From Hormoscilla sp. (GTDB taxonomy: Bacteria; Cyanobacteriota; Cyanobacteriia; Cyanobacteriales; Desertifilaceae): DNA of 55,758 bases. The notes under the pieces are model-generated. The model saw only the letters and a list, made by a program, of their open reading frames with translations. It was not told the origin of the DNA and did not search any database. The position numbers were made by a program, and so were the translations under genes. Numbering within the stretch: the first letter of the stretch is position 1; the number at the start of each line of letters is the position of its first letter. This document shows, piece by piece, positions 28,906 to 38,700 of the stretch. The DNA is taken from contig JBFRWI010000198.1 of NCBI GenBank assembly GCA_051439505.1, forward strand, positions 1 to 55,758, read 5' to 3'.

Positions 28906-31431
28906 ATGGCCATGAACAACAACCTCCAGATATTACCAACCTCTAAGTACGCTAATTCGCAAACGGCCCGAACCTTCGCATCCTTAGAGGACCGCCGCCG
29001 GGAAGGAAGCGAAAGTAAATGTCACAAATGTAAAGATAAACTGGAAAAAACTCTCGAAGAGTTAACCAATATCAAGTATGCCCTGGAGCAAGCGGCAATA
29101 GTGGCGATCGCGGACCCGAGCGGAATAATAAACTACGTCAACGACAAGTTATGCGAAATCTCGGGATACGAGCGATCGGAACTGCTCGGTCAGAACTACC
29201 GGTTGCTGAATTCGGGCTACCATCCTCCCGAATTTTTCTCCCAGATGTGGTCAAGCATCAGTGCCGGGAAGATTTGGCGAGGGGAAATGAGAGACCGGGC
29301 CAAGAACGGGGAAATCTATTGGGTGAGCACCACCATCGTCCCCTTTTTAGACGCCGAGCAAAAACCTTGGCAATACCTCAGCATTCAATTTGACATCACC
29401 GAACGCAAACAGATCTCCTCAGCACTGCGAGAAAGCCAAAATCAATATCAAACCATCGTTAACCTCTCTCCGGTAGGCATATTTCGTACCGATAGACGAG
29501 GACAGTATTTAGATGTCAACGATCGCTGGTGCGAGTTGGCAGGAATGACTGCTGAAGAAGCCTTGGGAGACGGTTGGATCTTAACTATCCATCCAGACGA
29601 TCGCCCGCGCATTCTGGCCGACTGGTATCTAGCGATCGATCGCCAACTACCCTTCAAATCAGCCGAATATCGCCTACAGCGTGCGGACGGTCACACCATC
29701 TGGGTATTCGCTCAAGCGGTAGCCCAAACGGCAGTAACCGATGGCAGCATAATTGGTTACATCGGCACGCTCACCGACATTACCGAACGAAAGGAAGCGG
29801 AGGAAAAACTGCGCTACCATGCGTGGCACGATCGCCTCACTGGCTTGGCCAACCGAGCCATGTTTCTCCAACGTTTGGAAGTAGCACTCCAGCAGTCGAG
29901 AATTTCTCACCAGCTATTTGCCGTACTGTTCCTGGACTTAAATCGTTTCCAGGTGATCAACGACAGTCTGGGGCATCTCGTAGGGGACCAGTTGCTGGAA
30001 GCTGTTGCCCGTCGTCTAGAAAGTTGTCTGCGTCAGGGCGATACCGTTGCCCGCTTGGGAGGGGACGAATTTACCATTCTGTTAGAAAATCTCAGCAACC
30101 TTGCCGATGTCCTGCAGGTAGCGAACCGCATCCAAAAAGAACTAGAACAGCCCTTTCATCTGAAAGAACATCAAATTTTTACCAATGCGAGCATGGGCAT
30201 AGTCCTCTGCGGTTCCCAACAGCAGGCTGCTGATTTTTCCGACATGCTAGAAACAGCCAACTCTCTAGACGGGGTGGCTCCCCCAGATACCTTCCCTAAA
30301 TGTACCCTGCCCAACCCCATTACTTTCCATGAAAAACCAGAAGACATCCTGCGGGCTGCGGACACTGCTATGTATCGATCTAAGAAACTAGGAGGAGTTG
30401 CTCGGTATGTGCTATTCAACCCGCGCATGTACCAAAACGCTCTGGCGCTGTGGCAGTTGGAAAATGACCTCAGACGCGCTGTCGAGACTTGCACGGAATT
30501 CGTCCTGCACTACCAACCAATTTTCTCTCCCGAAACTGGGAAAATAACGGGCTTTGAAGCCTTAGTGCGCTGGCAACATCCCACCCGGGGACTGATTTCG
30601 CCCAACGAGTTTATTCCCCTAGCAGAAGAAACTGGACTGATTATTCCCCTAGGATATCACATTCTCTCCCAAGCAGCAGCACAGCTGCGAATTTGGCAGA
30701 CCGCTTTTCCCCAAGCAGAACCGCTAACAATGAATGTCAATCTCTCTGGGAAGCAGTTCTCCCAACCCGGACTGGTAGAACAAATTGACCAAATTATCCA
30801 CTCAATTGGCTTGCAGGAGAATAGCTTAAACCTGGAGATTACCGAAAGCACTCTGATGGAGAACCCAGAAGCTGCCATGAGCATGCTTTCAGAGTTGAGA
30901 AAGCGGGGGATGAAACTCTCGATCGATGACTTTGGCACCGGTTACTCTTCCCTTTCTCACCTGATCGACTTTCCCTTAAACACCCTGAAAATAGATCGTT
31001 CTTTCATTCAACAGATGGGGGAAGAGGGGGAGAATAGTTCCATGGTTTGGACGATCGTCACCTTGGCACATAATCTGGGTTTAGATGTGGTAGCTGAGGG
31101 GGTAGAGACAGGGTTTCAGCTGGAGCAATTGAAAAAGCTGAAATGCGAAAAGGTCCAGGGATACTTTTTCTCGATTCCGTTGGCAGTTGAGGCCGCAACG
31201 GCACTGCTAGCTTCGTCAAGCAGCAATTCGCAGCAGTTGCCCGAAAAAAATAATTCTCTGGTACAGACGAAACATCCGCCACAAATTAAAGAAAAATTGC
31301 TGAAGCGCAGGTTGCCGAGTCAAATCCGCAACTCTCTGGATTTTAATACGATCGTCAAGACGGCAACTAATGAAATTCGGCACATGTGCAGATTGATTGT
31401 TGCCAGTTTTTATGGTAGAGAGGCGATTTAA
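28906..31431 (+). CDS. PAS-PAS-GGDEF-EAL c-di-GMP signalling protein with decayed C-terminal GAF
   Basis: Two PAS/PAC (DITERK), HDRLTGLANR, RLGGDEF, FEALVRW, IDDFGTGYSSL, VAEGVE. Confidence 0.93.
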   Translation: MAMNNNLQILPTSKYANSQTARTFASLEDRRREGSESKCHKCKDKLEKTLEELTNIKYALEQAAIVAIADPSGIINYVNDKLCEISGYERSELLGQNYRLLNSGYHPPEFFSQMWSSISAGKIWRGEMRDRAKNGEIYWVSTTIVPFLDAEQKPWQYLSIQFDITERKQISSALRESQNQYQTIVNLSPVGIFRTDRRGQYLDVNDRWCELAGMTAEEALGDGWILTIHPDDRPRILADWYLAIDRQLPFKSAEYRLQRADGHTIWVFAQAVAQTAVTDGSIIGYIGTLTDITERKEAEEKLRYHAWHDRLTGLANRAMFLQRLEVALQQSRISHQLFAVLFLDLNRFQVINDSLGHLVGDQLLEAVARRLESCLRQGDTVARLGGDEFTILLENLSNLADVLQVANRIQKELEQPFHLKEHQIFTNASMGIVLCGSQQQAADFSDMLETANSLDGVAPPDTFPKCTLPNPITFHEKPEDILRAADTAMYRSKKLGGVARYVLFNPRMYQNALALWQLENDLRRAVETCTEFVLHYQPIFSPETGKITGFEALVRWQHPTRGLISPNEFIPLAEETGLIIPLGYHILSQAAAQLRIWQTAFPQAEPLTMNVNLSGKQFSQPGLVEQIDQIIHSIGLQENSLNLEITESTLMENPEAAMSMLSELRKRGMKLSIDDFGTGYSSLSHLIDFPLNTLKIDRSFIQQMGEEGENSSMVWTIVTLAHNLGLDVVAEGVETGFQLEQLKKLKCEKVQGYFFSIPLAVEAATALLASSSSNSQQLPEKNNSLVQTKHPPQIKEKLLKRRLPSQIRNSLDFNTIVKTATNEIRHMCRLIVASFYGREAI

Positions 31432-32050
31432 ATGTACCCACTTTTAAGCAGTCATGGTTGTGTCAGCAGCTGGCAATCAGGTGGATCGCAACCTGTTAAG
31501 TAGGTGTGCATTGGTAAACTGAATAATGTAAAATTTTGTAACTATTTACGAACTACGAACTACGAACTACGAACTACTTAACCGCCCCTGGGACACTGGA
31601 ACTGCTACGGAGCTATTTGGGTTCTCGACCGGTGCCAGAGTGGTTCAATGCTTCCGCGCCTCAAATCAAATCCAAGTCGTACTCAGTCAGCTGGATGAGG
31701 CAACTGCCTTAGCTTTGATGGTGGCAGACCCCCCGCTCCGGGTTGGAGATGCTTGCCAAGTCGGGTGCGATCGTGATACTATCGATGCTTGGATAGGTTT
31801 AAACCCCGCAGCGCCCGGCCCTTGGGGATTTGGAAAACTGGAAAACGCTCTCACGAAATAGCCCCTTGCCAACTGAAGATCATGAAAAACGGGTGCATCA
31901 CAATTTTGAAGAAAACCAAGAATAGCAATTAGCCATTAGCCATTAGCAATTAGCAATTAACAATTAGCCATGGCTTCCAAAGCTAAGATATGATAAGATA
32001 TGATAGGTGAGATAAATGGATTGCGAGTGTAAGACATGAGGCAGTAAGGT

Positions 32051-33040
32051 ATGGAAAAAGACAAGGAGAAGGTTCCCAGTTCGCTATTAACCCTAACGGC
32101 GGGGGTGGCAATCACGCTAGTCAGCCTTTGGTATGGGAAAAATCACGGTCTCATGCCAGAGCAAGTATCGGAACAAGCACCGCTAGTAGACAATTTCTTC
32201 GACGTCATGATGACCATCGGCACTGCCCTGTTTTTGGTGGTGGAGGGGGCCATCTTGATAGCGGTGATTAAGTTTCGTCACCGTAAAGGAGATGACACTG
32301 ATGCTGCGCCGATCAAAGGAAACTTGCCCTTAGAAGCATTTTGGACGGCGATTCCCGCCATCTTAGTTATTGGCCTGGGAATCTACAGCGTGCAAGTTTA
32401 CGAAGAAATGGGCGGATTTGAGGTTGCTAGTCATCACCATATGATGGCTAGTGAGAGCGCGATCGCGGCCCCAATAGCTGCGGACACCGAAGGAATGATC
32501 GCAGAAAGCGAGTATGGCTTTGGCGCTAGCCCAGAAAGGGTAGGGAAGGATGCGGATCTGGTAGTTAATGTCACGGGTTTGCAGTTTGCGTGGCTCTTTA
32601 ACTATCCCGATAATGAGATAGATGCTGGGGAACTGCACGTGCCCTTGGGCAAAGACGTGTTACTGAACATCTCCGCAATGGACGTGATCCACTCCTTCTG
32701 GATCCCGCAGTTGCGCCTCAAGCAAGATGCAATTCCCGGCAGCGATACGCAACTGCGGTTTGTAGCTACCAAGACAGGAACCTACCCCATAGTCTGTGCT
32801 GAACTTTGTGGCAGCTATCACGGTATGATGCGGGCGGAAATGGTGGTAGAAACAGAAGAGGAGTACGAGGCTTGGTTGGCCGAAGAATCAGAAGAAAGCG
32901 TTGGTCAACAGCAAGATAGTATTCAAACAGTTGCTGTTAACCCAGGTGATTTGTCTCCATCAGAATTCCTGGCTCCTTACGCGGAAGAAATGGGGATTGA
33001 TGCCAACATCATAGCTCAAATTCATCACCACAAGCAATAA
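32051..33040 (+). CDS. ctaC: Cytochrome c oxidase subunit II
   Basis: CuA motif DVIHSFW..CAELCGSYHGMM. Confidence 0.96.
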   Translation: MEKDKEKVPSSLLTLTAGVAITLVSLWYGKNHGLMPEQVSEQAPLVDNFFDVMMTIGTALFLVVEGAILIAVIKFRHRKGDDTDAAPIKGNLPLEAFWTAIPAILVIGLGIYSVQVYEEMGGFEVASHHHMMASESAIAAPIAADTEGMIAESEYGFGASPERVGKDADLVVNVTGLQFAWLFNYPDNEIDAGELHVPLGKDVLLNISAMDVIHSFWIPQLRLKQDAIPGSDTQLRFVATKTGTYPIVCAELCGSYHGMMRAEMVVETEEEYEAWLAEESEESVGQQQDSIQTVAVNPGDLSPSEFLAPYAEEMGIDANIIAQIHHHKQ

Positions 33041-33065
33041 TCAATCTTGGCAGTGACAAAAAGAT

Positions 33066-34757
33066 ATGACAGAAGCGCAGATTAAATCAGAAACTCCCGA
33101 AAAGCAGCCATTAGCTGCCCACAAGGGACATCCGGAAGCATGGAAGTGGTATCACTACTTCACCTTCAATACGGACCACAAAGTTATTGGCATCCAATAT
33201 CTGGTCACCTCCTTCATCTTCTATCTGATCGGCGGTTTGATGGCGATGGCTATGCGTACCGAACTGTATACCGCAGATTCAGATTTCATAGATCCGGCAC
33301 TATACAATGCTTTCCTGACTAACCACGGGACGATCATGATCTTTCTGTGGATCGTCCCTAGCGCGATCGGGGGCTTTGGCAATTTCCTGGTGCCCCTGAT
33401 GATCGGTGCCAAGGACATGGCGTTTCCGAAGCTGAACGCGATCGCATTTTGGCTGAACCCGCCAGCAGGGGCATTGCTATTGGGCAGTTTCTTCTTCGGC
33501 GGGGCCCAAAGTGGGTGGACTTCTTATCCTCCCCTCAGCCTGATCACGGCCAACGAGGCCCAGTCGATGTGGATCCTTAGCATCGTGCTAGTGGGAACTT
33601 CCTCGATTTTGGGGGCCCTGAACTTTATCATTACCACTTGGAAAATGCGGGTTCCCACCATGAAGTGGGACCAGCTACCCTTGTTCTGCTGGGCGATATT
33701 TGCGACCTCCTTGTTGGCATTGGTTTCCACGCCAGTGCTAGCAGCAGGCTTAATTCTGCTGCTGTTTGATATCAACTTCGGTACGAGTTTCTTTCGACCC
33801 GACGAGGGAGGTAATGTAATAATTTACCAGCATCTGTTCTGGTTCTATTCTCACCCAGCCGTCTATCTGATGATTCTGCCGATCTTCGGGATCATGTCGG
33901 AAGTGATTCCCGTTCACGCCCGCAAGCCGATCTTTGGTTATAAGGCGATCGCCTATTCCAGCATGGCCATTTGCCTTGTAGGTTTGTTCGTCTGGGTTCA
34001 CCACATGTTTACCAGCGGCACACCTGCTTGGATGCGGATGTTCTTCACCATCTCCACCCTGATCGTGGCAGTACCCACGGGGGTGAAGATCTTTAGCTGG
34101 GTAGCTACCCTTTGGGGCGGCAAAATCCGCCTTAACAGTGCCATGCTATTCGCCGTTGGACTATTGGCAATGTTTGTCCTGGGGGGACTCAGCGGCGTCA
34201 CCTTGGGAAATGCGCCCTTCGACATACACGTCCACGACACCTACTATGTAGTGGCCCACTTCCACTACGTTCTGTTTGGCGGATCGGTATTTGGCATTTA
34301 CGCTGGCATTTACCACTGGTTCCCCAAAATGACGGGGCGGATGATGAACGAAACTTGGGGTAGAATTCACTTTGCCCTCACCTTCATCGGCACCAATCTC
34401 ACTTTCTTGCCCATGCACCAACTGGGTTTGCAAGGAATGCCTCGGCGGGTAGCCATGTATGACCCCCAATTTGTCAGCCTGAATCAGATTTGTACTTACG
34501 GGGCCTTTTTACTGGGCTTTTCGGTAATCCCCTTCTTCATCAACGTCATCTGGAGTTGGAGTAAAGGTCCGGTGGCAGGTGACAATCCTTGGCGGGCCTT
34601 GACCTTGGAGTGGCAAACCACTTCGCCCCCTGCCATTGAAAACTTTGAGGGCATCCCCACACTCTCCTGGGGTCCATACGATTACGGCATGAACCACTTG
34701 AATGGCAATCAGCCAGCTAGCCAAACCTTAGCTGAAGCAAGTGCCGAAGCGCAATAA
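33066..34757 (+). CDS. ctaD: Cytochrome c oxidase subunit I
   Basis: WFYSHPAVY, WVHHMF, VVAHFHYV, GMPRR. Confidence 0.98.
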   Translation: MTEAQIKSETPEKQPLAAHKGHPEAWKWYHYFTFNTDHKVIGIQYLVTSFIFYLIGGLMAMAMRTELYTADSDFIDPALYNAFLTNHGTIMIFLWIVPSAIGGFGNFLVPLMIGAKDMAFPKLNAIAFWLNPPAGALLLGSFFFGGAQSGWTSYPPLSLITANEAQSMWILSIVLVGTSSILGALNFIITTWKMRVPTMKWDQLPLFCWAIFATSLLALVSTPVLAAGLILLLFDINFGTSFFRPDEGGNVIIYQHLFWFYSHPAVYLMILPIFGIMSEVIPVHARKPIFGYKAIAYSSMAICLVGLFVWVHHMFTSGTPAWMRMFFTISTLIVAVPTGVKIFSWVATLWGGKIRLNSAMLFAVGLLAMFVLGGLSGVTLGNAPFDIHVHDTYYVVAHFHYVLFGGSVFGIYAGIYHWFPKMTGRMMNETWGRIHFALTFIGTNLTFLPMHQLGLQGMPRRVAMYDPQFVSLNQICTYGAFLLGFSVIPFFINVIWSWSKGPVAGDNPWRALTLEWQTTSPPAIENFEGIPTLSWGPYDYGMNHLNGNQPASQTLAEASAEAQ

Positions 34758-34860
34758 TCGATCGCGGTTGTCGTAGGGTGGGCACCGCCCACCTGAAGCG
34801 GTAGGGTGGGCACCGCCCACCTGACGCTATTGGTATTAATTGGAGGAAAGACAAGAAATC

Positions 34861-35475
34861 ATGCAAGGTTCAACGGTAGACAATCCTCAAACACTGCTAG
34901 ACTCAACAGCAAGCCATCACGAGGAACATCCAGATTACCGGGTTTTAGGATTGCTAGTATTCCTGGTTTCGGAATCTCTCATGTTCGGGGGACTGTTTGC
35001 CTGCTATTTGCTATTGAGAGGCGGTGCCGCAACTTGGCCTCCTGAAGGCACGGAGGTAGAACTATTAGTGCCTACTATTAACACGATCGTTCTGGTTTCC
35101 AGCAGTTTTGTCATTCACAATGGCGATACGGCGATCAAGAAGAATGATGTTTCCCGGATGCGACTTTGGTATGTTGCTACAGCAATTATGGGCATCATTT
35201 TCCTCGGCGGTCAGCTTTACGAGTATCTAACTCTCGGTTATGGTTTGACTGAAAATGTATTCTCCAACTGCTTCTACCTGATGACTGGTTTCCATGGGTT
35301 GCACGTGACGGTGGGGGTTTTGCTGATTCTGGGAGTCCTGTGGCGATCGCGCCGTGATGGTCACTATAGCGAGACCAAGCATGTGGGCGTGGAAATGGCG
35401 GAAATCTACTGGCACTTTGTAGATATCATCTGGATTATCCTGTTCGGACTCCTGTACATTCTCACCATGTTTTAG
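34861..35475 (+). CDS. ctaE: Cytochrome c oxidase subunit III
   Basis: FLVSESLMF, TGFHGLHV, YWHFVD. Confidence 0.96.
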   Translation: MQGSTVDNPQTLLDSTASHHEEHPDYRVLGLLVFLVSESLMFGGLFACYLLLRGGAATWPPEGTEVELLVPTINTIVLVSSSFVIHNGDTAIKKNDVSRMRLWYVATAIMGIIFLGGQLYEYLTLGYGLTENVFSNCFYLMTGFHGLHVTVGVLLILGVLWRSRRDGHYSETKHVGVEMAEIYWHFVDIIWIILFGLLYILTMF

Positions 35476-35754
35476 AATTAAGAAACCAGGTTTTTTGTCA
35501 AAACCTGGTTTCTGCGCATTCCGATGTAAATACCCTCGGGTGGTTAATAGATCCAGAAGAACGATGGGTCTTAGTTTTTTTCCCGGGACTAAGCCTCAGA
35601 ATATTTGACAATAACGAAGAAGTGCTGCCAACACCATACTTTTTAGAACAACTATCCCTCACGAGCGATCGCCTGTTTGATTGTCTAAAATTATAGGTGC
35701 AACGCCAAAATATCTTGGGTGGGCAACAATACACGAGAGATTGTACCATCCTCA

Positions 35755-38700
35755 TCAGTCCCCCAAGCGATCGCATACAGCTGGGGATTTCTCTGTTTGC
35801 AGGTAATCTCGTAGCCACGAACATCCCTCTTTCTGTAAATTATTTTGTGGCTGTAAAACTTTTTCTACATTCCACCAAATCACCTTATTGTCGCTCCCAA
35901 CGGACACAAATGACTTGCCATCAGGACTGAAAGCGACACCCTTGACTGCATCGCTATGTTCGTAAAGAGCGATCGCCTCTTTCCAGCCTAGGTTCTCATC
36001 GCGCGTCCAGATTTTGACAGTGTCGTCCGCACTAACAGAAGCCATCATTTCACCATCGGGACTAAAAACAACTTCATTCACCGACTCAGCGTGTTCTGAA
36101 AAGCTATGTACAATTTTGAGCAGAATCCCATCCCGTGTCCAGAGTTTAATCCTGTTGTCTACACCGGCTGAGACAATCATCTGACCATCGGGGCTAAACG
36201 ACACATCGTTCACTGGACCATGATGCGCTGTCAGAGTTGACAGCAACGTACCGCTCTCGTTCCAAATTTTTATACTCTTGTCCGAACTCCCCGATACAAT
36301 TAGTTTGCCATCAGGGCTAAAGTGAACGCTTTTGACCTTATCGCTATGTCCTTCCAGGGTTGCTACTAAGCTGCCATCTCGCCGCCAAAGTTTAACAGTA
36401 TTGTCGTGACTTGCCGTAGCAATGAGCTGACTGTTTGGGCTAAAGGACACCCTATTGACCTTATCCCTCTCGAAAATGGTCGTTCGCAAAGTGCCATCTA
36501 GGTTCCAGACCTTAACTTCCTTGTTTCGACTTGCCGTAGCAATCAGCTGACCATCCGGGCTAAAAGCTATATCCCAGACCTGGTCAGTTTCAGGAAGGGT
36601 CATCAGCAATTTCGAGTCTCGCTTTCGCCAAACTTTAACAGTATTGTCGTCACTTGCCGAGGCAATATACTCCCCATCAGGACTGAAAGCAACTGCCCTC
36701 ACGTCATCTTGATGCTCGTAGAGTATATTCAGGAAGCTGTTGGAGTCAAATTTATTTAGTTTCCAGAGTCTCACTGTGTTGTCTTCGCTGGCAGAGGCGA
36801 TCGTCTCACCATCGGAACTAAACGAAACGCTGTTGACTTTATTTCCATGTCCAGAAAGAGTATCTAGTAAGGTGCCATCTGGCCACCACAGCTTCACGGT
36901 TCCGTCATTACTAGCCGTTGCGATCGCTGAGCTGTCGGGGCTGAACGCGACTGCGTTCACATGATTGCTGTGCCCTTCCAGGGTTGTGACCGAGGTGCCG
37001 TCGAGATTCCACAGTTTCACTGTTTTATCATCACTAGCCGTTGCAATCAGTTTCCCATCGGGACTGAAGGCGACGGCGTTCACCTCATCTGTGTGTCCAT
37101 CAAGAGAATATAGAAAGGTGCCATCTCGATTCCACAGCTTTACAGTTCTGTCATCACTAGCCGTCGCAATTACTTCCCCGTCGGGACTGAACGCAACTGC
37201 TTTGACCTCATCTGTGTGTCCATAAAGAGTATCTAGTAAGGTGCCATCTCGATTCCACAGTTTCAAGGTAAAGTCATTACTAGCTGTTGCAATCACTTCC
37301 CCGTCGGGACTGAACGCGACGGCTTTGACTTCATCTGTGTGCCCTTCCAGGGTTGTGAGCAAGGTGCCGTCTCGCTGCCACAGTTTCACGGTGTTGTCCA
37401 CACTAGCTGAGGCTATCAGTTCTCCATCGGGGCTGAAGGCTATATCGTTGACCGATCCTTGATGCCCCTTCAACATCTGCCGTTGTTGACCGTCCCTATC
37501 CCAGAGTATGACATTGTTGTCTGCGCCACCCGAAGCAATCATTTTACCGTCGGGACTAATGGCAACGGCGATCGCCCCTGCTTTATGTCCTGAGAGGCGA
37601 TTATACTCCCGAACCCCGAAAACCGCTTGCTGAAGTGCTCCGTCAACAGCAGATTTAGTTTTTTGACTTGGATCTTCGAGCCTTTGCAGTGCTTCCTTTG
37701 CCTGGAGTGCTTTCAGCAGGGCCTCGAAATTTTTATCGAAGGCATCGAACGCTTCTGAAGATTTAGCCTCTGCGGTAGCTTCGGCAGCTAATGCCTCCTT
37801 CTTGCGAGCTAGGGCTTCCTTCCTCTGCTCCTCTGCTTCGATATACTGATTCCTAGCTTCCAATCCCAAGGCCGCAGAAACTACACCGGCTAATAACACC
37901 ACACCCAGCAAAATTTTTAGTCGTCTGGCACTTTTTTTCTCTTCTACCAGCCTCCCTTCGGCTTCTTTGCTCTTTTCCTCCTGCAACCGCAGCAGTTTTG
38001 CTTGTCGTTCTTTTTCTGCTTCGTCCGCAGAGATGATGGCTTGGTGACTTGACTCGATAAATGTCTGCTGCAAAGCTGTAGGGACCGGTTGTTTGCTTTC
38101 GGCTAAAGCGGTTGACAACCAGTTTTCGGCAACGGCAAACTCACTCCCCCGCAACAGCAAGTCAGCAGTTTTATCCCTCCGATCCCAGTCCAAGGCCCGC
38201 TGCAACCATTTAGTATGACTGCGCAGGTGTTCCCGGTCCGTATCTAGCGTCCTCACCAATTGGTTAAAATTTACATTAAAATCCCCCTGATGCCGATTAA
38301 AATCAAGCCACTGCACCTTCGCCAACTCAGGATGCAAGTCCCCAGTATTTACCTCCCGATGCAGCACCGTCACAAAGCGTTTATTCAAGGAAGCAGCATA
38401 TTCCACCTCATCCGCGCAATAGGGCGAATTCACCGATCGCGGTGAGATAATAAACAGGAAATTGTCACAGGCTTTAATCCCCTTCTTAATTTCCTGCTGA
38501 AAATCTGTCCCCTCCGCAATACTTTCCTGGTCAAACCAAGTCATCTTGCCCTGCATCTGTAAAGCATCATTCAGCTTCCTCGCCAAGTCCGAGTCCGATC
38601 GGGAATAGGAAATAAACACATCCAGGCTCTCTAATGGCGGTTGCCGCAGACTTTCAGTAATGAATTCTTCCTGTAATGGCGTGGGTGGATGTTGTCTCCT

